Sequence record: AF547987
Direction: 5' to 3' (one strand)
Source of the DNA: Shigella phage Sf6
Length of the DNA: 39,043 nt
In this document: positions 10,262 to 20,340 of the stretch, one piece after another
Layout: the number at the start of each line of letters is the position of its first letter
How positions within the stretch are numbered: position 1 is the stretch's first letter
Notes under the pieces: generated by a model
Seen by the model: the letters and a program-made list of their open reading frames with translations, nothing else
Told to the model about the DNA's origin: nothing
The model's database searches: none
Translations under genes and position numbers: made by a program

Positions 10262-11557
10262 ATGGCTACTTGGCAAGGATCAAATGGCGGATTGTTAGCT
10301 GGTATCGGCGGCGTCAACTCAAACGCTCCGAGCGTAAATGACATCGGCAATACGCTTCAGCTTATCAGGCAGAACAATGATATTGAGCGTTCAGGCGCTA
10401 ACAATGTTGGGCTTACTGCTTTGCAAGGCCTTTCAGGCATTGCAGGGGTGTTTCAGCAGGAAAAGCAGGCTCGGCGGCAGAAAGAATTTCAGCAGGCGTA
10501 CGCTAATGCTTATGCGTCTGGTGATCGCGGTGCTTTGCGTCAGTTGGCTACTCAATATCCAGACCAGATTGAATCCGTTCGTAAAGGCATGGGATTCATT
10601 GATGAAGACCAGCGCAATTCTATCGGCACCTTAGCGGCTGGCGCACGCCTTGCGGCCTCGTCTCCAGAAGCAATGCAATCATGGCTGCAAAACAACGCCA
10701 ATGAGCTGGCGCGCGTCGGTGTTGACCCTAATAACGTTGCTCAGATGTATCAGCAGAATCCTTCAGGATTTGGTGAGTTTGTTGATCACCTTGGAATGGC
10801 TGCTCTTGGTCCGATTGATTACTTCAATGTTCAGGACAAGATGGCTGGTCGTGAAATTGACCGAGGTAGGCTGGCAGAGACAATCCGCAGCAATAAGGCA
10901 GGTGAAGCACTAACAGTTCGAGGTCAGGACATCCAGATACGTGGACAGAACATCAGCGCACAGAATGCTGCTCTTTCCCGAGAAATACAAAGAGCAGAAT
11001 TACAAGAAAAGGCTCTGGACAGACAGATAGCCAGAGAAAGCAATCAGTTAAAGCTTGAAGAGCTAAAACAGAAACAGGCAGATGTTCGGCAAAAGGCTGA
11101 CATAGCCCGCGCTGACAGGCAGGCCGCCGCTCAGGGTGCAGTTGATACGTTCAGCACTGCGCTTGATTCTCTCAACGAGATAGAGCAAAGCCCCGGCCTT
11201 TCAAAAGCAGTAGGAATTCGCTCAGCGTTTCCGACAGTTCCTGGCTCTGATGCGGCTAACTTTGAAGCAAGGCTCGATACCTTTAAAGCTCAAACATTCC
11301 TTCCTATGGTGCAGTCCCTGAAGGGTATGGGTGCTCTTTCAGATGCTGAGGGTAAAAAATTATCCGATGCGGTTGGTGCCCTAAGCCCCAAAATGAGTGA
11401 AAAGGCTTTTCGTGACTCTATCGGAAAGATTAGAAATCAGCTTGAAAGCAAGTTGAGCACTGTTAAAAAACAGTTTGATTATCAGGAGCCAGTACAGAAT
11501 ACGCCAGTGCAACAACCTACTACTGGCAGTAACTTTTCTTCACTATGGGGTGATTAA
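10262..11557 (+). CDS. ejection protein (P22 gp20-like)
   Basis: 431-aa ORF; synteny and size. Confidence 0.65.
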   Translation: MATWQGSNGGLLAGIGGVNSNAPSVNDIGNTLQLIRQNNDIERSGANNVGLTALQGLSGIAGVFQQEKQARRQKEFQQAYANAYASGDRGALRQLATQYPDQIESVRKGMGFIDEDQRNSIGTLAAGARLAASSPEAMQSWLQNNANELARVGVDPNNVAQMYQQNPSGFGEFVDHLGMAALGPIDYFNVQDKMAGREIDRGRLAETIRSNKAGEALTVRGQDIQIRGQNISAQNAALSREIQRAELQEKALDRQIARESNQLKLEELKQKQADVRQKADIARADRQAAAQGAVDTFSTALDSLNEIEQSPGLSKAVGIRSAFPTVPGSDAANFEARLDTFKAQTFLPMVQSLKGMGALSDAEGKKLSDAVGALSPKMSEKAFRDSIGKIRNQLESKLSTVKKQFDYQEPVQNTPVQQPTTGSNFSSLWGD

Positions 11558-13554
11558 TGGCTAAAGCATGGAAAGATGTTATCGCCTCTCCACAGTATCA
11601 GGCGTTAGCACCAGAACAAAAAGCGCAGGCTCAGGAGCAATACTTCAATGAAGTCGTGGCCCCGCAAGCCGGAGAAAATGCAGAGCAGGCTAAGCAAGCT
11701 TTCTATGCTGCCTATCCATTGCCATTTGTGCAGTCAGTGGAGACACAGCAACCAGTAGCACAGCAACAACCACAGCAAAGTGGATTTATGTCTGATCTTG
11801 GCGAAGCAGTAAAAGAGACTGGTCGCGGACTGGTGCAGGCTGGCGTGAACGTGGCAAACATACCTGCATCAGTTGCCGATGCTGTAACAAGCGCGGCGGC
11901 TTGGGCTGGCGGTAAACTCGGAATTGGCGATGGGACATATCACCCAGCGCCACGAGTAACAACGCAGGGATTAGAGCAGGACTTTGGCCTTCAGCAAGGT
12001 GCGCTGACTCCACAAACGACAGAGGGAAGGGTATTTGCTGAAGCATTGCCTTACCTCACTCCTGCTGGCGTTGAGAGAGCGGCGATACAGGCACCAACAC
12101 TTGCTGGTCGAATTGCTCAGGGGGCAACTCGCCTTCTAGCAGAAAACGCAGTTGGATCACTTGCTGCAAATAGTGCGAAAGATGATGCGGAAGCACTCGC
12201 CACCGATTTAGGCGTTGGTGTACTTGCTGGCGGTGCTATTAACGCTGCCGGGCGTGGATTAGGTGCTGCTTATCGTGGCGTTCGTGGTGCTATTGCGCCA
12301 GAAGCGCAGCAGGCTATCAGATTTGCAGAGCGTGAAGGTGTTCCTCTGCACACCACAGACCTGTTACAACCCACTTCCCGCGTCGGAAAAATGGCGCAAA
12401 CGACAGCAGAAAATATCCCCCTGGCTGGCACAAGCGGAATGAGAGCAACGCAACAGGAAGCGAGAAGCCAGTTGGTGCAGAGATTTGCTGATAAATTCGG
12501 TGAGTATGATCCAGCGGTTGTTATTGACAGCCTTAAAGCGAAAACATCAGGAATTCGTCGCGCTGCAGGAAATCGACTGGAGCAGGTTCAGAATGCTATG
12601 GCGGGAATAAACATTCAGCCTGCAAGAGCAATTCAGCAGATTGATACAGAAATATCTAACCTGCAGAAGCTTGGTAAGGTTGCTGATAACGAGACTATTT
12701 CAAAACTTCAGTCCTATCGTGATGAGCTTGTTCGCAATGCTGGTCCTGATGGTCCGGTAAATCTGGATTTGAAGCAATTAAGCGATCTGCGCAGCCAGTT
12801 CAGAATGGACGTGAAGGGTGAGCGACCAGTGTTACCAAACCGTTCCGATGCTGCCATTCAGCGCGTTTACAAGGCAATGACCGACGATATCAATGGTGCC
12901 ATTGGTCAGAATCTTGGCAACGATACTCTCCGTAAATATCAGCAGGCCAATGCCGTCTACGCTGACGAAGCGGCTAAACTAAAGAATACCAGGCTGAAGA
13001 ATGTTCTCATGAAAGGCGATCTGACGCCGGAAGTTGTCAACAACATGCTATTCAGCAAGAACAAATCGGAAATTAAGACTCTGTATAACTCAGTTGGTCG
13101 TGTTGGCAGGGCGCAAATGCGCAATGGCATTATTGGAAAGGCGATGGAGAAATCTGGAGGATCCCCTGACCAGTTCCTTCGGCAGCTTAACATCCTGCAA
13201 AACCAGACTGGCATCACATTTAAGGGGCAGGACGCTGCTTATCTGAAAGGATTGAAAAACTACCTGCAATCCACGCAGCAGGCTGCAAAAGCGGCAGTAA
13301 CAACACCAACAGGGCAGCAAACCATCCCGTTCATTATCGGGTATGGGACGGCAATGAACCCTGCAACAACTGGCGCAGCAGTAAGCTACGGACTTCTTAC
13401 TCGCGCCTATGAGAGCGAGCCATTCAGAAATGCAATGCTCAGAATGGCAAACACACCACGCGGATCAACAGCGTTTGAGAAAGCCATGCAGCAGTCGCAA
13501 AAGGCCATTAACGCCCTGACTCAGGGGGCCAAGTCTGATGCGTTGTCAGAATAG
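11557..13554 (+). CDS. ejection protein (P22 gp16-like)
   Basis: 665-aa ORF, start overlaps previous stop; synteny and size. Confidence 0.65.
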   Translation: MAKAWKDVIASPQYQALAPEQKAQAQEQYFNEVVAPQAGENAEQAKQAFYAAYPLPFVQSVETQQPVAQQQPQQSGFMSDLGEAVKETGRGLVQAGVNVANIPASVADAVTSAAAWAGGKLGIGDGTYHPAPRVTTQGLEQDFGLQQGALTPQTTEGRVFAEALPYLTPAGVERAAIQAPTLAGRIAQGATRLLAENAVGSLAANSAKDDAEALATDLGVGVLAGGAINAAGRGLGAAYRGVRGAIAPEAQQAIRFAEREGVPLHTTDLLQPTSRVGKMAQTTAENIPLAGTSGMRATQQEARSQLVQRFADKFGEYDPAVVIDSLKAKTSGIRRAAGNRLEQVQNAMAGINIQPARAIQQIDTEISNLQKLGKVADNETISKLQSYRDELVRNAGPDGPVNLDLKQLSDLRSQFRMDVKGERPVLPNRSDAAIQRVYKAMTDDINGAIGQNLGNDTLRKYQQANAVYADEAAKLKNTRLKNVLMKGDLTPEVVNNMLFSKNKSEIKTLYNSVGRVGRAQMRNGIIGKAMEKSGGSPDQFLRQLNILQNQTGITFKGQDAAYLKGLKNYLQSTQQAAKAAVTTPTGQQTIPFIIGYGTAMNPATTGAAVSYGLLTRAYESEPFRNAMLRMANTPRGSTAFEKAMQQSQKAINALTQGAKSDALSE

Positions 13555-13718
13555 CTTCGCAAACACCAGGAACGTGCAAAAACCAACTATGTAGAACGCA
13601 ATGTTCAACAGATCTCTTTGCATAGACTCAACTCATAATTAACAAATCATAACTGACATTAGTGCAATGCCGGACAGGTTGCATCTTGTCCGGAATTGCT
13701 ACGTCCGGAGCAAATTAA

Positions 13719-15590
13719 ATGACAGACATTATAACCAATGTTGTAATTGGGATGCCTTCGCAACTCTTCACTATGGCTCGTTCTTTTAAAGCCGTAGCCA
13801 ATGGCAAAATTTATATCGGTAAAATTGACACTGACCCGGTAAATCCTGAAAACCAGATTCAGGTTTATGTAGAGAATGAAGACGGATCTCACGTCCCTGT
13901 TTCTCAGCCAATTGTTATCAATGCTGCCGGATATCCTGTGTACAACGGGCAGATTGCCAAATTTGTAACTGAGCAAGGCCATTCAATGGCTGTATATGAT
14001 GCGTATGGTTCGCAGCAGTTCTATTTTCAGAATGTGCTGAAGTACGACCCTGATCAGTTCGGTCCGGATTTAATTGAGCAACTAGCTCAATCCGGTAAGT
14101 ATTCGCAGGATAACACCAAAGGCGATGCCATGATTGGCGTCAAGCAGCCTTTACCAAAAGCAGTTTTAAGAACTCAGCATGACAAAAATAAAGAAGCAAT
14201 AAGTATCCTGGATTTTGGTGTTATTGATGATGGTGTGACAGATAATTACCAGGCAATACAAAATGCAATAGATGCCGTTGCTTCACTACCCTCCGGCGGG
14301 GAGCTGTTTATCCCTGCGAGCAACCAAGCGGTTGGGTATATTGTTGGATCCACTTTGCTTATTCCTGGCGGTGTTAACATCAGAGGGGTTGGTAAGGCAT
14401 CGCAACTCCGAGCAAAAAGCGGACTTACAGGATCTGTGTTAAGGCTGTCTTATGATTCAGACACTATCGGCCGTTATCTGAGAAATATACGAGTAACTGG
14501 TAATAACACCTGCAATGGTATTGACACAAACATTACAGCAGAAGACTCTGTCATCAGACAGGTTTATGGCTGGGTATTTGATAATGTAATGGTGAATGAA
14601 GTTGAAACCGCTTATTTAATGCAAGGGCTCTGGCACTCAAAATTTATAGCATGTCAGGCTGGAACCTGTAGAGTCGGTCTTCACTTTTTAGGCCAGTGCG
14701 TAAGTGTTAGTGTCAGCTCCTGCCATTTCAGCAGAGGAAATTATTCTGCTGATGAAAGCTTTGGCATCAGGATTCAGCCTCAAACGTATGCGTGGTCGTC
14801 AGAGGCAGTTAGGTCAGAAGCAATAATTTTAGACAGTGAGACCATGTGCATTGGTTTTAAAAATGCCGTCTATGTTCATGATTGCCTTGATTTGCATATG
14901 GAACAACTGGATTTAGATTATTGCGGCTCAACAGGCGTGGTTATAGAGAATGTAAACGGAGGATTTTCTTTCTCAAACTCATGGATAGCAGCAGATGCCG
15001 ATGGCACTGAACAATTTACGGGGATATATTTTAGAACGCCGACCTCAACGCAGTCACATAAAATTGTCAGTGGTGTTCATATCAACACTGCAAACAAAAA
15101 CACGGCTGCAAACAATCAAAGTATAGCGATAGAACAGTCGGCGATCTTCGTCTTTGTAAGTGGTTGTACGTTAACTGGTGATGAATGGGCTGTAAATATT
15201 GTCGACATCAATGAATGTGTTTCTTTCGATAAGTGCATATTCAATAAGCCTCTACGCTATCTTCGTAGCGGTGGCGTGTCAGTTACTGACTGTTATTTGG
15301 CTGGCATTACCGAGGTGCAGAAACCGGAAGGCAGATACAATACGTATCGTGGCTGTTCAGGCGTACCGTCTGTAAATGGGATCATTAATGTCCCAGTTGC
15401 GGTAGGTGCCACAAGCGGATCTGCAGCTATACCGAACCCGGGGAACCTGACATACAGAGTAAGAAGCCTTTTTGGTGACCCTGCATCAAGTGGTGACAAG
15501 GTTAGTGTTTCCGGGGTGACAATTAATGTTACTCGCCCAAGCCCAGTAGGAGTCGCGCTGCCTTCAATGGTTGAGTATCTGGCCATCTGA
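13719..15590 (+). CDS. tailspike protein (endorhamnosidase-type, Sf6-like)
   Basis: 623-aa ORF; N-terminal head-binding domain resembles P22 tailspike ([26 protein letters not shown]), remainder is different; last gene of the late operon. Confidence 0.85.
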   Translation: MTDIITNVVIGMPSQLFTMARSFKAVANGKIYIGKIDTDPVNPENQIQVYVENEDGSHVPVSQPIVINAAGYPVYNGQIAKFVTEQGHSMAVYDAYGSQQFYFQNVLKYDPDQFGPDLIEQLAQSGKYSQDNTKGDAMIGVKQPLPKAVLRTQHDKNKEAISILDFGVIDDGVTDNYQAIQNAIDAVASLPSGGELFIPASNQAVGYIVGSTLLIPGGVNIRGVGKASQLRAKSGLTGSVLRLSYDSDTIGRYLRNIRVTGNNTCNGIDTNITAEDSVIRQVYGWVFDNVMVNEVETAYLMQGLWHSKFIACQAGTCRVGLHFLGQCVSVSVSSCHFSRGNYSADESFGIRIQPQTYAWSSEAVRSEAIILDSETMCIGFKNAVYVHDCLDLHMEQLDLDYCGSTGVVIENVNGGFSFSNSWIAADADGTEQFTGIYFRTPTSTQSHKIVSGVHINTANKNTAANNQSIAIEQSAIFVFVSGCTLTGDEWAVNIVDINECVSFDKCIFNKPLRYLRSGGVSVTDCYLAGITEVQKPEGRYNTYRGCSGVPSVNGIINVPVAVGATSGSAAIPNPGNLTYRVRSLFGDPASSGDKVSVSGVTINVTRPSPVGVALPSMVEYLAI

Positions 15591-15597
15591 TTATTTT

Positions 15598-15623
15598 AGG
15601 GGCCATATGGCCCCTTTTATTGT
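15598..15623. terminator. terminator between convergent tailspike and oac genes
   Basis: Palindrome AGGGGCC-atat-GGCCCCT followed by T-tract on the plus strand; lies between the two convergent stops. Confidence 0.75.
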
Positions 15624-16625
15624 TCAATCCAGGGATAATTTAGGCGAACTTCGTGTCAGGAATCTTTTTTCAACCAGATTCCATGAAAGATGGGACAAGA
15701 AAAGAACAGTCACGGCACTTAACAACATTGACGGGTAAAAACCCATGTGCAATGTGTTTATAACAACCTGCTGAACCGGGAATGCATAAATGTACACACC
15801 ATACGAGTAATCAAACCTGCCCTTAACCAGTGGGTCGCCAACGGATGTGCATATGGCTATTGTCGAGAATGAAACCAGGATATAGCAAGTCATAGTATAA
15901 TCAATGCCTTTGCCATAACTAGCGTAGGCGTACATAGCAAGCAAAGAAACTACAGTAATTTTAACATTACTTACATTCCATGACTTCTCATACATTGCCA
16001 TAGTGGCACCAAAAAAGAACGCCAGTCCACGCAAAGGATACAGCCATAACGGAATAGAGAACATTACATCCCTGTTTTCTGACACACTTCCAATTAATGA
16101 AAGAGAAACAAAAACCAACAGTATAACTATGAATGCTTTTCCGTTCTTTAGTAGGGCAACTGCTACTCCCGTTATTATATAACACAGGAACTCAAGCGGT
16201 AGGGTCCACAAACTGCCGTTAATTCCGGCATGAATTAAATGTGATGTAATGTCAGCATCTGGAGCCTGACTCATAAAAATAGAGCTTATGGTCTTCCTGA
16301 CAATGTCATGGCTAAAATATTCTGCGCTGAAGTCGTTAAGTATCCATCCAAATAAAAAATATGTCAGTATAGAGCAAGGGACCAGCGCCGGGAATATTCT
16401 TCTCGCTCTTTTAGCCATGAAATCAATAAAGGAATCACTCCTGATAGCTGATTTTGAAATCAGATATCCTGATATTGAAAAGAATATGATAACTGCAATG
16501 CCGCCAGCACTTTCAAAGCCGAACAGGTACGGCTCCGGCTGCCCAGAGAGCGCGTAGTGGTGACTGACCAGAACCATCATAGCTGCCACAAGCCTTGCCG
16601 TGTCAAAGCAGTTGCTCTTATGCAT
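15624..16625 (-). CDS. oac: O-antigen O-acetyltransferase (serotype-converting acyltransferase)
   Basis: 333-aa multi-pass membrane protein of acyltransferase-3 type, opposite strand to the late operon, between tailspike and int; matches the Sf6 oac location and size as I recall them. Confidence 0.8.
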   Translation of the reverse strand: MHKSNCFDTARLVAAMMVLVSHHYALSGQPEPYLFGFESAGGIAVIIFFSISGYLISKSAIRSDSFIDFMAKRARRIFPALVPCSILTYFLFGWILNDFSAEYFSHDIVRKTISSIFMSQAPDADITSHLIHAGINGSLWTLPLEFLCYIITGVAVALLKNGKAFIVILLVFVSLSLIGSVSENRDVMFSIPLWLYPLRGLAFFFGATMAMYEKSWNVSNVKITVVSLLAMYAYASYGKGIDYTMTCYILVSFSTIAICTSVGDPLVKGRFDYSYGVYIYAFPVQQVVINTLHMGFYPSMLLSAVTVLFLSHLSWNLVEKRFLTRSSPKLSLD

Positions 16626-16780
16626 TAAAATAAAGCCTCTAAGTTTTTGCGAGGAAAAATATCAGATCTTTCTGTCATAGTCCATTTTGGGTCCAGCCAG
16701 TGAGGTCATGCTCGCGTTGAGGCCAAAGAATGAGCATGAGCTCAGGTAGAGGGCAAGGCTCTGCTCAGGCATGGATTTGC

Positions 16781-17938
16781 CTACCTAACCTTCTCATCAA
16801 GCCAATCCGCCCACCACTGCATCATTTCTCTGCGCTTATCGAGATACTGAGCATGGTTGTAAATCCCACGCACAGATCCGCCGTTGGCATGTGCCAGTTG
16901 CACTTCAATAGCGTCAGCAGGCCATTCGTGCTCGTTCATAATCGTGCTGAATTCATGCCTGAATCCGTGACCGCTTTCCAGACCTTCATAGCCGATTTGT
17001 TTGATCACAAGTAGTACAGCGTTCTCGCAAATTGGCTTCTTCTTATCGTTGCGCCCGGCAAAAACAAACTCTGACACTGGTTTAGTGATTGAGCTTAGCG
17101 TAGTGAGAAGTTCAATCACCTGGTCTGACATAGGAACCACATGAATTTTGCGTCCCTTCATCACACTGGCGTCGATAGTGATAATCCTGTTTTCAAAATC
17201 GACGTTCTTCCATTGCATGGAACGAAGCTCTTTCGTTCTTAGGGCTGTGTAGCGTAAAACTTTGGTCGCAATGAGCGATACGATACTTCCTGAAAATGTT
17301 GCAAGTGCTTTGTTGAATGCCGGGATCTGGTCGGCAGGTAAAAATGGGAAGTTTTTCTTGCGGTATCCTTTCATGGCGTCTGCAAGGTCAGGTGCCGGGT
17401 TATATTTAGCCCTTCCGGTGACAATAGCGTAACGGAAAACCTCGCCGCATCTTCTGCGGGCTTTGTTGGCTCGCTCCATTGCACCGCGATCTTCAAATCT
17501 GCGGATTACTTCCAGCAGTTGCATCGGCTCAATATCCTGAATTTCAAGGCCGCCGATGATGGGTAAAATGTCGTCATCAAACATTTTTGCAAGTTCAGTT
17601 GCATAGCCTACTGACCAGACTTGCTTCTTGTGATCGTACCATTCCTTGTAAATCGCACTAAAGGAATTGTTGTTAGACGAAGCCTTTTTCGCCTTTACCG
17701 GATCGATGCCAACCGAGATGTCTTTCCTCGCAGTCCATGCTTTATCCCTTGCCTCCTGCAAAGTCATAAGCGGATATTTTCCGACGGTCAGGATTTTCTC
17801 CTTACCGTCAATCTTGTAGCGAAGCTGCCATACCTTTTTCCCTGACACAGGGACATAAAGGTACAGGCCATTACCATCGAGAAGGCGGTATGGTTTTTCT
17901 TTCGGCTTTGCTGCTTCAATCTGCTTAACGGTGAGCAT
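16781..17938 (-). CDS. int: tyrosine integrase (P4-like family)
   Basis: N-terminus LTVKQIEAAKPKEKPYRL.DG.GLYLYV typical of P4-type integrases; C-terminal catalytic region with HxxR and Y; I chose the ATG at 17938, the track ORF starts at a GTG at 17974. Confidence 0.85.
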   Translation of the reverse strand: MLTVKQIEAAKPKEKPYRLLDGNGLYLYVPVSGKKVWQLRYKIDGKEKILTVGKYPLMTLQEARDKAWTARKDISVGIDPVKAKKASSNNNSFSAIYKEWYDHKKQVWSVGYATELAKMFDDDILPIIGGLEIQDIEPMQLLEVIRRFEDRGAMERANKARRRCGEVFRYAIVTGRAKYNPAPDLADAMKGYRKKNFPFLPADQIPAFNKALATFSGSIVSLIATKVLRYTALRTKELRSMQWKNVDFENRIITIDASVMKGRKIHVVPMSDQVIELLTTLSSITKPVSEFVFAGRNDKKKPICENAVLLVIKQIGYEGLESGHGFRHEFSTIMNEHEWPADAIEVQLAHANGGSVRGIYNHAQYLDKRREMMQWWADWLDEKVR

Positions 17939-18099
17939 GGGTAAAAATCCGGTGGGTAAAATTATTTTATCCACTTTTTACCCGTCATGGAGTGCGGCTG
18001 TCAACGATCTGACGCGAACCATGACGAACTGTGAATCTACGGAAGGCTTGATATTCAGGGGATTTTGCGGACTGGTACGGATGGAGGCGAACTGATAAA

Positions 18100-18117
18100 T
18101 GGTGTCCCCTGCAGACA
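18100..18117 (-). other. attP core candidate (matches a tRNA 3' end including CCA)
   Basis: Minus strand reads CTGCAGGGGACACCA, which is the T-stem 3' strand, acceptor stem, discriminator and CCA of a tRNA (I recall this as tRNA-Arg argW); lies just upstream of int. Confidence 0.55.
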
Positions 18118-18187
18118 TCTACTTGAAGCAGCAGGGGATTGATTGGAATGGTGTTTTTTAGATGTGAGAAATATTTTACCCGCTATT

Positions 18188-18388
18188 TTACCCATTGGCG
18201 CGGCTTAAGAGCTTATTTTTGAATTCACAATGGTCACGATATAACCATCTTGCTCGCCCGTGGATAACTTTGGCTTTAGGCAGGTCGCCGGACTTAATCC
18301 GGTCATAAATGAAGGTTTTACCGAAGCCAGTATCGGCCATGATGAATTTCAAATCAACCAGTGAATCAGGCTGTAGTTCGTGTTGCAT
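18188..18388 (-). CDS. xis: excisionase / AlpA-family DNA-binding protein
   Basis: 66-aa ORF next to attP and int; sequence pattern of AlpA-type HTH proteins. Confidence 0.6.
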   Translation of the reverse strand: MQHELQPDSLVDLKFIMADTGFGKTFIYDRIKSGDLPKAKVIHGRARWLYRDHCEFKNKLLSRANG

Positions 18389-18430
18389 GAGTGCTATCTC
18401 CGAATAGGGAATCGAACCTGCAAATCAGGC

Positions 18431-18453
18431 AATAAAAAACCGCCATCAGGCGG
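18431..18453 (-). terminator. intrinsic terminator in early-left operon, upstream of xis
   Basis: Minus strand hairpin CCGCC-tgat-GGCGG followed by TTTTTTATT. Confidence 0.6.
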
Positions 18454-18496
18454 CTTGGTGTTCTTTCAGTTCTTCAATTCGAATATTGGTTACGTC

Positions 18497-18808
18497 TTAT
18501 TCGATGCGCACTCCTGGTATTTCGCCTTTTGATATTGCTAAGTCATAAATTTGCGCGGCACTATACCCATCTCGCATCCATGAATCTAAGGCGCTAACAG
18601 CCTCGCTACGCTTTTTATCTTCTCTCTCATTTTTGATATCAACGAGGACATCAACGCAATTAAGGCAAATGTGGATTTTGTCCTTACATTCGATCATGGC
18701 GGCTTTACCATGATTTCCGCCACACAGTGAGCATAAATCTTCAGGGTCTGGCTGGTATTTCTGTAACGTTAGAGGGTTGAATGTTGAACAGGTCATAATC
18801 ATCTCCAT
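18497..18808 (-). CDS. hypothetical protein (Cys-rich)
   Basis: 103-aa ORF; an internal ATG at 18796 has a better GGAG RBS; a terminator sits immediately upstream. Confidence 0.45.
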   Translation of the reverse strand: MEMIMTCSTFNPLTLQKYQPDPEDLCSLCGGNHGKAAMIECKDKIHICLNCVDVLVDIKNEREDKKRSEAVSALDSWMRDGYSAAQIYDLAISKGEIPGVRIE

Positions 18809-18832
18809 AAAATAAAACTCGCCGTAGCGAGT
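18809..18832 (-). terminator. intrinsic terminator in early-left operon
   Basis: Minus strand hairpin ACTCGC-tacg-GCGAGT followed by TTTATTTT. Confidence 0.55.
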
Positions 18833-18895
18833 TCAGATAAAAGAAATCCCCGCGAATGCGAGGATTGTTATTCACCTTTGACGTCAAGTTGCAGG

Positions 18896-19198
18896 TTAGC
18901 CATGGTTAACCTCCTGCGGAGTAGCCTTTACAAGCACTGGTGTAAATCCATCTTCATTAAGGTTATGAATATAGACTTCCGTTCTCCTGCGCTCTTCAGC
19001 GTTTAATATGGTTTCTGGATCATAAACCCATACTTTCATTCGACTATTCCATGAAGAAATCGCTTCAGATCTAGTTCGTTTTTCTGGTCCTTGGGCACCA
19101 CATTTGCATGACACATAGCGCATTTTCCCTCTGATACTGAATGAGTATCCGATGTTAAGCACAGTGGAACCACAGAATGGGCAGCGATAGAGATTCAT
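18896..19198 (-). CDS. Lar-family restriction alleviation protein (zinc ribbon)
   Basis: 100-aa ORF with CPFCG...C.CGAQGP...EAISSWN pattern typical of the Lar family. Confidence 0.55.
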   Translation of the reverse strand: MNLYRCPFCGSTVLNIGYSFSIRGKMRYVSCKCGAQGPEKRTRSEAISSWNSRMKVWVYDPETILNAEERRRTEVYIHNLNEDGFTPVLVKATPQEVNHG

Positions 19199-19875
19199 AA
19201 ATCATCCACCTTAGGCGCAGCTGAGACAGCAACATTCCAGAACTCAGAAAACATATTGTATGCACCAGATAGATTGGAAGTGGCATACCCTCCAAGCTCA
19301 CTTCTAATCTGAACGGCTCTCATCATTTCCGGCGTTAACTCCTTCGGCACCATAACCCAACCATCCGGAGTTACCGGAGAGTTGCCATCCAGCGCGTTCA
19401 ACTTGTAAGCCTGGCTTACAGGTTCGGCACTATGAAGCATGGCAGCGCGGCAGGCGTTCCAGCCTTGAACCTTAGCTATTGCCACAACTGCATCGGTAAA
19501 GAACATTCTCGCGGTATCTGGCTCCGGCATTTCATCCGGCACCGCTTGCTGCGGTAACTGTGGTACAGTCAGTGACTCCAATTCAGCGATACGCTTCTCT
19601 GCGGCTTCCAGTTCATCAAGCAGCGCCAAGACGGTAGCCGGATTGGCTGCGGCGATGAATTCAGCATTGGCCTGCTGTTCCATTTGGAAATCTTCATCGA
19701 AACCGCTTTCAGGATGCGCTCCTTCAATTCTGCAAATGGGAATATATCCAGCAGCCTCGCGATGAATTAGTGCATCATCACCATCAAATCGGCCCTCTCC
19801 ATATTCGAGCGACCACACACCACACGTTGCTTTCTCTGCCGCTTCACGCAGTGCCTGATAGTCAATCTTGCTCAT
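19195..19875 (-). CDS. Ead/Ea22-like protein
   Basis: 226-aa ORF, helical; resembles Ead/Ea22 early-left proteins of lambdoid phages; stop overlaps next start. Confidence 0.5.
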   Translation of the reverse strand: MSKIDYQALREAAEKATCGVWSLEYGEGRFDGDDALIHREAAGYIPICRIEGAHPESGFDEDFQMEQQANAEFIAAANPATVLALLDELEAAEKRIAELESLTVPQLPQQAVPDEMPEPDTARMFFTDAVVAIAKVQGWNACRAAMLHSAEPVSQAYKLNALDGNSPVTPDGWVMVPKELTPEMMRAVQIRSELGGYATSNLSGAYNMFSEFWNVAVSAAPKVDDL

Positions 19876-19876
19876 G

Positions 19877-20176
19877 TCACATCACCCTGAATCCGTTGCA
19901 TTTACGCAAGAAATCGCAGATATAGCCCTTCATTTTTTCATGCCAATCTCGATCATTCCCATTGCACCAACCATCAGGTGGAGTCCAGTTTTCTATCAGA
20001 GCAGCCATTTTCTTTGCTTTCGCCGGAGTAGCTGTTGCGGTATCGCAGTAATGACGAGTGTCAACCAACGCATCCATACCATCGATATCAAGTACGCAAA
20101 ACCATGTGTGATTCGGAATTCCTACAGGTGGTATTTGTTGCCCACGTCGACGTTTATCAATGAGATATACACTCAC
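19877..20176 (-). CDS. hypothetical protein
   Basis: Track ORF starts at GTG 20197, but AAGGAGG lies just upstream of the in-frame GTG at 20176, which overlaps the stop of the upstream small ORF. Confidence 0.45.
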   Translation of the reverse strand: MSVYLIDKRRRGQQIPPVGIPNHTWFCVLDIDGMDALVDTRHYCDTATATPAKAKKMAALIENWTPPDGWCNGNDRDWHEKMKGYICDFLRKCNGFRVM

Positions 20177-20340
20177 TGCTTGCCTCCTTTGCGCCACATC
20201 GCATTCAGATATTTGTTTTGATTTACTGATGGAAAAGAATTTCTCTTAAGCAATTCCTCTCTCGATGGCATTGGCTTTACGCGTTGGCGAATAATCATTT
20301 CTGCCGGAAGAATGCCGGGATTGTATGCAAGTCCTCTCAT
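20173..20340 (-). CDS. hypothetical small protein (55 aa)
   Basis: Not in the track (under 60 aa); ATG overlaps upstream stop (ATGA) and its stop overlaps the downstream start (GTGA). Confidence 0.3.
   Translation of the reverse strand: MRGLAYNPGILPAEMIIRQRVKPMPSREELLKRNSFPSVNQNKYLNAMWRKGGKQ

Noticed and set aside
17939-17974. GTG start at 17974 for the integrase
   Set aside because: The ATG at 17938 gives the N-terminus typical of P4-type integrases; neither start has a strong RBS, so the extension stays possible
18408-18423. T-arm-like segment as the attP crossover core
   Set aside because: It lacks the tRNA 3' terminus; the CCA-containing match at 18100-18114 is the better core, so this piece is reported as an accessory fragment
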